64,000 nt of DNA. Source: a phage. Of this stretch, positions 34,811 through 42,248 are shown one piece after another. Under the pieces are notes generated by a model. The model was given only the letters and a program-made list of their open reading frames with translations. It was not told the origin of the DNA and made no database searches. A program made the translations under genes and the position numbers. Positions within the stretch are counted from its first letter, which is position 1. Each line of letters opens with the position of its first letter. The stretch is taken from sequence record PX441839.1; one strand, given 5' to 3'.

Positions 34811-35461
34811 ATGGCAGTAGATCCAAACAGCAAGATTGAAGCTTGGACACCCATGATCAGAATTTCTGACATGAAATATCCAGTTTACCTGCGTGACTAT
34901 CTTGAGGAGTACAAAAACGTCAGTATCGGGTCTTTCGTGTGGGAAAGCGGGATGCGTGAGGTTGGATACTTTAAAGTCCACGATGTAGAAATCCCTATTG
35001 GGGATGTAGTCGTAGAAGGTGAACCAGCCTATAACGAGGAAGATGAACTTTGGTATAAGACTTGGATTGTCAGGGATTTCACCGAAGAGGAGATTGCTCA
35101 CAATCTCTATATGGCAAAAGAGGACGCTAAGTCTCAAGCTTATCGAATTTTTACCAATGATCAATCTTCCGGTGTTCTGGTAGATGGAGATCAGTTTAAT
35201 GTTGAGCCTCGTGAGATTACCAACTTAAGAGGTACACTCGAACTTGCCAATTTAGCAGGTGATGAGGAGAAGTTTCTTGTTCGCAAGGCAGACTTTTCAA
35301 TTCTGGAGCTTACTGCAAAAGAGACTGTTGAAAAGGTCACAAAAATAATTCTAGAGCAAGGAAAGTTACACCAAGCCCTTCTGAGCCATGTAAAAGAAAT
35401 CATGGATGCGGAAGACAGTGATTTAATCCCACCAACCCCACACACTTTCTTAGGAGAATAA
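34811..35461 (+). CDS. hypothetical protein (216 aa), possible fibre accessory protein
   Basis: ORF track; position after fibre gene. Confidence 0.45.
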   Translation: MAVDPNSKIEAWTPMIRISDMKYPVYLRDYLEEYKNVSIGSFVWESGMREVGYFKVHDVEIPIGDVVVEGEPAYNEEDELWYKTWIVRDFTEEEIAHNLYMAKEDAKSQAYRIFTNDQSSGVLVDGDQFNVEPREITNLRGTLELANLAGDEEKFLVRKADFSILELTAKETVEKVTKIILEQGKLHQALLSHVKEIMDAEDSDLIPPTPHTFLGE

Positions 35462-35462
35462 T

Positions 35463-35813
35463 ATGTCTGCAATCGGCGGAACATCTTTAGGTCTGATTAC
35501 TGGCTATGCGATCATGGATCAGTCAACTGGTGAAACAAAAACCATCTCCGAGTTACTCAGTGGTGCTGGGGGCGGCACACCGGGTCCTGTTGGACCTAAG
35601 GGAGATCAGGGTGAAGTTGGACCTCAAGGACCTAAGGGCGACACAGGCCCTGCTGGACCGCAGGGTCCTCAAGGGGAGCAGGGTGTAGGTATTGCACATG
35701 CCAATACAAAAATTGATGGACGTAATGTAACCATTATGTTTACGATGACGGATAACACAGTGAAAGAAGTTGTTTTCACAATTCCTGAACCAACCCCGAC
35801 CCCCTCTGCCTGA
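35463..35813 (+). CDS. small collagen-like protein (116 aa)
   Basis: [34 protein letters not shown]; N-terminus paralogous to next gene. Confidence 0.5.
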   Translation: MSAIGGTSLGLITGYAIMDQSTGETKTISELLSGAGGGTPGPVGPKGDQGEVGPQGPKGDTGPAGPQGPQGEQGVGIAHANTKIDGRNVTIMFTMTDNTVKEVVFTIPEPTPTPSA

Positions 35814-35825
35814 TATATTTACACC

Positions 35826-35848
35826 ACCGCCCTTCGGGGCGGTTTTCT
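35826..35848 (+). terminator. rho-independent terminator
   Basis: ACCGCCC-TTCG-GGGCGGT then TTTTCTT. Confidence 0.6.
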
Positions 35849-35870
35849 TGTATCTGCTTAAGGAGAAATT

Positions 35871-36545
35871 ATGGCAAAGCTTAAGGGTATTACTGGAAAT
35901 CAAAATGGGGTATTCTATGGTTATGCCCTCTATGATTTAAAATCTGAGAAGCTTATTCCTTTTAATGAGATTGGGGTAGGAGGCGGAGAAGCAGAGCAAG
36001 GTCCGGTAGGTCCTGTTGGACCACAAGGACCTAAAGGTGACAAAGGTGATCCTGGACCTCAAGGTTTGAGAGGTCCTCAAGGTCCTCAGGGACCTAAAGG
36101 TGATCCTGGCGCAAAGGGTGATGAAGGGATCGATGGTGCTGTTGGACCACAAGGTCCAAAAGGGGATAGGGGAGAACCAGGACCAGAAGGACCACAAGGT
36201 CCAATCGGACCCCGTGGACCAGTGGGACCTGCGGGAGCGACGGGTCTTAACTGGAAGGGACAGTATTCTGACTCTGTTACTTATCTTCTTGACGACGCTG
36301 TCGCGTTTAATGGTGCAACCTACTTTTCTGTCAAGGAGTCAACAGGGATAAGCCCAGCGGAAGATACAGTTCAAGAATACTGGGCTGTAATGGCAGCTTC
36401 TGGGGTAAAGGGAGACCAAGGTCCACAAGGTCCCGTGGGACCAGTGGGTCCTCAAGGTGAAAGAGGTGAACAGGGTATTCAAGGACCGAGAGGTCCAGTT
36501 GGAGAGACAGGACCTGCTGGACCTCGCGGACCGGAAGGGATTTAG
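35871..36545 (+). CDS. collagen-like protein ending at an in-frame amber codon (224 aa)
   Basis: long Gly-X-Y runs; TAG at 36543-36545 sits in the Y position of a GXY triplet (...GPEGI*GPQGPQG...). Confidence 0.55.
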   Translation: MAKLKGITGNQNGVFYGYALYDLKSEKLIPFNEIGVGGGEAEQGPVGPVGPQGPKGDKGDPGPQGLRGPQGPQGPKGDPGAKGDEGIDGAVGPQGPKGDRGEPGPEGPQGPIGPRGPVGPAGATGLNWKGQYSDSVTYLLDDAVAFNGATYFSVKESTGISPAEDTVQEYWAVMAASGVKGDQGPQGPVGPVGPQGERGEQGIQGPRGPVGETGPAGPRGPEGI

Positions 36546-36860
36546 GGACCACAGGGACCTCAAGGTATTCAGGGTCCTCAAGGTAAAAAGGGAGTTAATT
36601 GGAGGGGGAACTGGTTTAGAAACACCACATACACGAAAGATGACGCTGTTTATTTTGAAGGTACGAGTTGGATTTGCGATATAGACCATTCCTCGTCAGA
36701 TGACAATAAACCGGGAAGCCCTCAAAGATTTAAGTGGGCAGTTTTCGCCAAGAAAGGGGAAGACGGTCCTCAAGGACCTGCGGGAGAGCCAAAGAAAATC
36801 AACCATGTACTTCGGAATTGCTCCTGGAAATGGGGTGACATCATTCCTTGGACTTCCTAA
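36546..36860 (+). other. possible amber-readthrough extension of collagen-like gene (about 104 codons)
   Basis: same frame stays open to TAA at 36858-36860 and encodes a second copy of the upstream module (GVNWRGNWFRNTTYTKDDAVYFEG...FKWAVFAKKGEDGPQGPAG versus [24 protein letters not shown]...[20 protein letters not shown]). Confidence 0.4.
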
Positions 36861-37203
36861 TTCACCTACCCTTATGTTGGCGATACGGGGATTGGCGGAT
36901 AAGAATATTTCCGTAGGGCTTGTCTCTGGCGGTGCAGACAAGAGAGTTTCTTACAGATTTAGCTCTTTGTATGGTGGAGGTGGTGTTGATGGTCAATTTA
37001 ACCAATCTTACAACTTAACAAATGGTCTTCCTTTTATGGTTGACACACTCTATTACATGGACTCTCAAGAGAACCAAGTGATACTTATAAGTGATCTTGA
37101 AACTGGACAGGTATGGAGAGCGGATATGTGGGGAATAAACAGAAGATATTTTGTCGAGGTCTTTGAATTGACCGATGGCCCACAAGAGTACAAAATATAT
37201 TGA
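36700..37203 (+). CDS. hypothetical protein (167 aa), +1 frame relative to collagen frame
   Basis: ORF track; no clear RBS at 36700; C-terminal part looks globular; may be a separate gene or joined to the collagen frame by recoding or an indel. Confidence 0.35.
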   Translation: MTINREALKDLSGQFSPRKGKTVLKDLRESQRKSTMYFGIAPGNGVTSFLGLPNSPTLMLAIRGLADKNISVGLVSGGADKRVSYRFSSLYGGGGVDGQFNQSYNLTNGLPFMVDTLYYMDSQENQVILISDLETGQVWRADMWGINRRYFVEVFELTDGPQEYKIY

Positions 37204-37208
37204 TAACT

Positions 37209-37236
37209 AGCCACCTTCGGGTGGCTTTATTTTTTA
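37209..37236 (+). terminator. rho-independent terminator
   Basis: AGCCACC-TTCG-GGTGGCT then TTTATTTTTT. Confidence 0.65.
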
Positions 37237-37253
37237 TGACTTTCGTAACGATA

Positions 37254-37264
37254 TGTGGTAATAT
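37254..37264 (+). promoter_or_regulatory. extended -10 promoter element (TGTGGTAATAT)
   Basis: same sequence as upstream of terminase. Confidence 0.45.
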
Positions 37265-37289
37265 GTAATCTAACAATAATGGAGGTTAT

Positions 37290-37820
37290 ATGACCAACGA
37301 AGAACTGATTGAACTGGTCAGGGCTTTCCTCGGCAACGCTGATTCAGAAACCCTGCCTGATAACATAATCCTTCTGTTTTACAATAAGTGGGGGTTGTCT
37401 ATGGATCTAGACAATCACCCAGAAAGATTTCCAAACGTGCTATACAATACGGTTGTAGACTGCGTAAGATGGTTAATTGCTCAAGAGGTTTCAAGTGGTG
37501 CATCCTCAATAACTGAGCGATTTGAAAAGATAGGTGATGAAACTATCTCTGTGAAGGGAGGTTCATCCTGGAAATCGTGGCAAGACTTCCTTGAATGGCT
37601 TCTTCTGAACCCTGATTACATAGATCCCTCATTGGCTATGAACTCCTCGCTGGTGATCATAGGTGGTGTAAGAAAGGACAGATTCATGTCTGTTAAGAAC
37701 AACCCCAATTCTTATAATGGGTTTATGGAACAGGGGGTTTTCCCTACTCCAGCGATACCGAAGAAGGCTAAATGGCCCGGAGGCGGTGGAGGTTATCGCA
37801 GTAGCCCGTGGCTTCGATAA
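37290..37820 (+). CDS. hypothetical structural protein (176 aa)
   Basis: ORF track; AGGAGGT RBS-like sequence upstream. Confidence 0.45.
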   Translation: MTNEELIELVRAFLGNADSETLPDNIILLFYNKWGLSMDLDNHPERFPNVLYNTVVDCVRWLIAQEVSSGASSITERFEKIGDETISVKGGSSWKSWQDFLEWLLLNPDYIDPSLAMNSSLVIIGGVRKDRFMSVKNNPNSYNGFMEQGVFPTPAIPKKAKWPGGGGGYRSSPWLR

Positions 37821-37851
37821 ATAATTGACTTTGTTGATTTTGCAAAGCTAT

Positions 37852-37863
37852 TGTGGTAAAATA
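37852..37863 (+). promoter_or_regulatory. extended -10 promoter element (TGTGGTAAAATA)
   Basis: motif family; TTGACT about 20 nt upstream. Confidence 0.4.
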
Positions 37864-37882
37864 ACTTTCATGAGGTAATTCT

Positions 37883-38344
37883 GTGGGTTATAAGTCCAAA
37901 CAAGACCTTTCTGAAATGGAAAGATACTTCGGGCAACTCACTGATTTGGCGGACAAAGAGGTTGAGTATGGCTTTTATGATGAGCAACATTACTCGGGCC
38001 TGAATATGGCAACTCTTGCCGCCATCCATGAGTATGGGTGGAATAAGCTTCCCGAACGTAACTTTATATATTCAACATCTATCCATTACAAGCAAGGATT
38101 GCAGAAGCATATAAGGAATATGCACACTGCAATTATCCAAGGGAAGTCTTTTGACAGTCACCTGAACAAGATTGGAAAGGATGGTGCCGACAGCATCAGA
38201 ATGACTATCCAACAAGGAGGATTTTCCAATCCTAAGGTATCAAAAGACTGGGCGCGTGTAAAAGGATTCGATGACGCAATGATTCACTATGGAGATTTGG
38301 CTTCCGCAGCAACTTACAAGGTTGTCAAATACCAAGGTAAATAA
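37883..38344 (+). CDS. hypothetical structural protein (153 aa)
   Basis: ORF track; GTG start. Confidence 0.4.
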   Translation: MGYKSKQDLSEMERYFGQLTDLADKEVEYGFYDEQHYSGLNMATLAAIHEYGWNKLPERNFIYSTSIHYKQGLQKHIRNMHTAIIQGKSFDSHLNKIGKDGADSIRMTIQQGGFSNPKVSKDWARVKGFDDAMIHYGDLASAATYKVVKYQGK

Positions 38345-38357
38345 ATAAGGGGTGAGT

Positions 38358-38798
38358 ATGGCTAGGCGATACCTCTTGTTGAGCAACAGGAACCGACTAA
38401 TCCCCCGTATTGAAGTGACGTGCCGCAGAAGATCTGCGGTAAAGACTGATCCAGACAACCCATTTGAAAATGGCTCCTTGGTAATGCAGTATGAGGAGTT
38501 CACCGCAGTGGAGTGTACTGTTCAGCCAATGCGTGGTAAGGCGGCTCGTGATCAGAACAACCAGTTACAGGTGGAAGGTGAAGTTGATTATGATTCCTAC
38601 ACCGTATACTCGGAAACCATTCTGCATCGTGCTCAAGAAGGTACGAACGAGTATTCTGACCAAATGTTACTTCCTGACTCTGTTGGGAAAGATACTTGGT
38701 TCACAGTCATGAAGGCAGATAGGTTTATAAGTTCAGGCGTTTCACGATACAGATACTATCTTATCGCTGTTCCTGAGGGAACAGAGGGAGGAATGTGA
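38358..38798 (+). CDS. hypothetical protein, possible head-tail connector component
   Basis: ORF track 38352..38798; ATG after AAGGGG. Confidence 0.4.
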   Translation: MARRYLLLSNRNRLIPRIEVTCRRRSAVKTDPDNPFENGSLVMQYEEFTAVECTVQPMRGKAARDQNNQLQVEGEVDYDSYTVYSETILHRAQEGTNEYSDQMLLPDSVGKDTWFTVMKADRFISSGVSRYRYYLIAVPEGTEGGM

Positions 38799-39376
38799 TG
38801 AGTGATGTACCTATCACAGGACTTCCCTTTACAAATTCCGACGAGGTTATGGACTCGCTTACCAAAACCATTGGTAGGTTATGTGCCCAAGTGACAAACT
38901 ACAAAGTTGTTGAGGCAGATGATACACTACCTAAGGTGGATGGTCCATTCATTCTTGTAGATCTTTCATCTTTAGATCCCCTCGACTGGAAATCCGCAGA
39001 ATTGGTAGATGAGCAGGGTAGATATCATGCTGTTCATAACTACCAAGCGACATACACACTTACAGCTTATCGTGGAAAACCACATTGGGCCTTGTCAAGG
39101 GTTATGCAATCTTTCGGCTTGCAATTCATCTATGATAAGTTTTTCCCTTACGGGTCCCCTTATGCATATTCATCGTCTTCAACTATTGCACGGTTGCGTA
39201 TTCCGTTGAATGCCCAATATTTTGAAAATAGGGCACGAGTTCAGATTACCTTCAACGTAGCATTTGTGGAAGGCGATTTTGGTCTGTTTGAGGATCTGGA
39301 AGGAATTAGCATTGACATGGGTGTTGAATACCCAGGCGGGAAGTTGGAAGTTCCTGTAGAGGTGGAGACGGAGTAA
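38798..39376 (+). CDS. hypothetical protein, possible neck/tail completion protein
   Basis: ORF track 38795..39376; overlapping stop/start. Confidence 0.4.
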   Translation: MSDVPITGLPFTNSDEVMDSLTKTIGRLCAQVTNYKVVEADDTLPKVDGPFILVDLSSLDPLDWKSAELVDEQGRYHAVHNYQATYTLTAYRGKPHWALSRVMQSFGLQFIYDKFFPYGSPYAYSSSSTIARLRIPLNAQYFENRARVQITFNVAFVEGDFGLFEDLEGISIDMGVEYPGGKLEVPVEVETE

Positions 39377-39479
39377 TCCGGTTATTGATAGGCATTGCTT
39401 ATCAGTGACAAATCAAGGGGCTTCGGCCCCATATTGGCACAGAAGTGCTTAGTCAATAATCGTTCAAGTAGAGGACAAC

Positions 39480-40895
39480 ATGGCTTATAATGATAAGGTA
39501 GTTGAAGTTGAGGTCAACCTCGGCACCCAGCCTATTAGCACGGCAGGGTTTGAAACTCCGATGTTCCTTGCAATTCACAACGTATTCCCAGAGCGTGTGA
39601 GATTCTATATCTCCACGGAATCTATGGTGGAAGATGGTTTTGCAGTTGGATCTCCGGCACACCAGTTTGCAACAAACGCATTCATGGGTAACTTCAAGCC
39701 AAGCATGATTGCTATTGGTAGAATGGCTCAGTCTGCTGTCAAGGTAGATTTCACTGGCACAACCAACACTGATCGGGTTGTTGTTAACCTGACTGTAAAC
39801 AGGGTTGTAAAAGCTGTTCAGTTAACTCCGGCACCTGGTTCAACACCAGCGGCAATTGCAACTGCATTGGCAACTGCAATTACAGAAGACCAAGACCTCC
39901 CAACCATTACCGCAGTTGCTAACGGAACTTCTGTTACCATCACCGCAGGTGAAGGTGATGTGATGAGTGTTGGTAAGGGAGAGGGAAATTACAAGGTAGT
40001 TTCTGAATCACCGGAGACTGTGGCAACTGCACTTCCTCAAGTAATGGCAGAAAACCACGACTGGTATTTCCTGTCAACAGAGGCACGATCTGATGCAGAT
40101 ATTGTTGCAGCGGCGGAGTTCGCACAGGCAAACTACAAGCTACATGTTTTCAACAGTTCAGACCCCGATGCCTATGCACCGATGAATGTCAGTGCTTCTG
40201 TTTTTGACACCCTGAAAGCTCTGAGCTACACTTCTTTAGGAACAACTGATGCTGATGCGGATGTTGAGTTCACAGAAGGTTCAGTTGTTGGTGCGATGGC
40301 AGGTAATGACCCATCATATGGTGATTCTCTGCACCTGAAAACCATGCCTGGTATGAAGCCTTTCCAAGGTTCAGAAACCCAGCGTATGAATGCTTGGAAT
40401 AGGAACGCAAACACGTATCGTGCCATGTATGGCGGTAACAGCTACATCGAGGGTCGTGTTTCAAACTCTCAGTATGTTGACGTTATTCGCTTCTCACACT
40501 GGGTTAAATTCCGTATGGAAGAGTCCCTGTTTGCGTACATGAAGCGTCGTTCCGATATGGGTCTGTCAATGAAGATGTCAGACGCAGATCTTCCAGTAAT
40601 TAAATCTGTTCTGATGAACAACCCGATCAACATCGGTATCCGTAATGGCGGGATCTTGACTGGCTATGACTCTGTGAATAAGGTCATGTATGACCCGATT
40701 ATCACTGTGCCACGTCGAGCAGAGATCCCAACCAACGATCTTGCTAACCGTATCCTGCGTGATGTTAAAGTTGACTTAGTTTACAACAACTCACTGCATT
40801 ACGTCAAGATTCGTGCTTCTGTGGTTCTCGACCGTCCAGCAGGTCAAGGCACTAATGCCCAGACCCCTATGACCTCTTCCGCTGTAGGAGTGTAA
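39480..40895 (+). CDS. tail sheath protein
   Basis: 471 aa immediately upstream of a 160-aa tube-sized gene, chaperone and tape measure; call is positional. Confidence 0.5.
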   Translation: MAYNDKVVEVEVNLGTQPISTAGFETPMFLAIHNVFPERVRFYISTESMVEDGFAVGSPAHQFATNAFMGNFKPSMIAIGRMAQSAVKVDFTGTTNTDRVVVNLTVNRVVKAVQLTPAPGSTPAAIATALATAITEDQDLPTITAVANGTSVTITAGEGDVMSVGKGEGNYKVVSESPETVATALPQVMAENHDWYFLSTEARSDADIVAAAEFAQANYKLHVFNSSDPDAYAPMNVSASVFDTLKALSYTSLGTTDADADVEFTEGSVVGAMAGNDPSYGDSLHLKTMPGMKPFQGSETQRMNAWNRNANTYRAMYGGNSYIEGRVSNSQYVDVIRFSHWVKFRMEESLFAYMKRRSDMGLSMKMSDADLPVIKSVLMNNPINIGIRNGGILTGYDSVNKVMYDPIITVPRRAEIPTNDLANRILRDVKVDLVYNNSLHYVKIRASVVLDRPAGQGTNAQTPMTSSAVGV

Positions 40896-40898
40896 TGA

Positions 40899-41381
40899 AT
40901 GAGCACGAACGCATCTAAGATTATTACGTTTAATGCGTATGACCCAGAGAAAACTTTTCTCTACATGTTCGGTCAGAGAGTCAGCGGCTTCGCTGCTGAC
41001 ACCAAGATCGTCATCACCCGTAACAATGATAACATCATCCCCCATGTTGGTGTAGACGGAGAGATCAGTAACGCACTGGTACGTGACCGTTCTGGTGTGC
41101 TTACTGTTTCCTTACAGAACACTGCGCCGTGGAATGGTTATTTTGCACAATGGCAGAAACAGGCTGATGTGACAGGTCAGATTTATTTCCCTGTCCAGGT
41201 GGAAGGTTCACAGGGCCTGTCGATGAACACAATTGGGTGGATTCAGCGCCAACCTGACTTAACTTATGGTCAGGAAGTTGGGCAGATGGATTGGGAGATT
41301 GGTGTTCTTGACGCATGGCTGGCACCGGACAATATCCAAGGTGCTGCATTCGGACTCGCAGGTCTGATGGGCGTTATGTAA
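40899..41381 (+). CDS. tail tube protein
   Basis: 160 aa immediately after sheath candidate; positional. Confidence 0.5.
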   Translation: MSTNASKIITFNAYDPEKTFLYMFGQRVSGFAADTKIVITRNNDNIIPHVGVDGEISNALVRDRSGVLTVSLQNTAPWNGYFAQWQKQADVTGQIYFPVQVEGSQGLSMNTIGWIQRQPDLTYGQEVGQMDWEIGVLDAWLAPDNIQGAAFGLAGLMGVM

Positions 41382-41457
41382 TAACTCGTGAGCCACAAGG
41401 ATGTGGCCTTTATTCACAGAAGGATTTAGCTACTTATCTGACACAGGAGTGTACACG

Positions 41458-41931
41458 ATGATTAAGTTTAAGAAGTCCACAGAGATTACTCTGTGTGGTG
41501 GAAAGAGATTTACAATTTATCACTGGTCGCCTAGCCAGGTTATCAGAAACATGCCGAAGATTGGGCGATTGGTTGCTGTACCTATGGGGACCATGGCAGG
41601 TTCTGCCCTCACTGGTGGGGAAAACTTCCAAGATGCTGTTCCAACAGCTATCCTCTACATCCTCGACCAAATTGAAGACGGCGGTGATGAGATTATTAAG
41701 CTGATGCTTGAAGGTGTCGAGGTTGACGGAATGGGCGGTCAAATCGATATTGACGAAGTGTTTGATGGTCATGTTAACGATCTGTTTACCCTGTTGCAGA
41801 AAGTCATTGAAGTGAACTACGGCTGTTTTTTCGGCCAGGGCGGTTTCGGGGCACTGACAGGACTGTTCCAAAAAATGGGACTGGTGAAGGCAGTGGAAGA
41901 ACTGGATCAGACTCTGGAAACGGAAGCCTGA
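41458..41931 (+). CDS. tail assembly chaperone
   Basis: between tube and tape measure; ATG after AGGAG; A6 slippery run near 3' end. Confidence 0.5.
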   Translation: MIKFKKSTEITLCGGKRFTIYHWSPSQVIRNMPKIGRLVAVPMGTMAGSALTGGENFQDAVPTAILYILDQIEDGGDEIIKLMLEGVEVDGMGGQIDIDEVFDGHVNDLFTLLQKVIEVNYGCFFGQGGFGALTGLFQKMGLVKAVEELDQTLETEA

Positions 41932-42197
41932 GACCGCTGAGTACGGTAGAGAAAGCAATAGAGTTCACGAGAAAGAACTCATCTCTTAAGTGGTTCGACT
42001 ACCTGTACCTTAGAGTTATGGAACGCTTCAACGTTGATGAGTTGTCAATAGAGTCTGGAGACATGGAGGACCTTCTCAAGAAGAATGAATATCTTGATAT
42101 GAAGGACTACATAGAGGAAGCGAACCATAAGGAGCAGGAAGAACAGCGGAAACGCGCTCAGGCCGAAGCCGACGCCCGTAGGCGAAGAGGCTGGTAA
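41870..42197 (+). other. candidate -1 frameshift extension of tail assembly chaperone
   Basis: CCAAAAAATGG A-run at about 41870-41875; -1 frame is open from there to TAA at about 42195-42197, covering an otherwise non-coding 265-nt gap. Confidence 0.4.
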
Positions 42198-42203
42198 AAC
42201 ATA

Positions 42204-42238
42204 GGCCACGGTCGAAAGACCCTGGCCTTTTTCTTTTT
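42204..42238 (+). terminator. possible terminator
   Basis: imperfect hairpin GGCCA...TGGCC then TTTTTCTTTTT. Confidence 0.35.
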
Positions 42239-42248
42239 GGAGGGTATA

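Noticed and set aside
31482-36545. Possible CRISPR array or tandem DNA repeat suggested by the short periodic repeats
   Set aside because: The periodicity is the 9-nt Gly-X-Y codon repeat of collagen-like coding sequence inside long open frames; there are no constant direct repeats separated by unique spacers.
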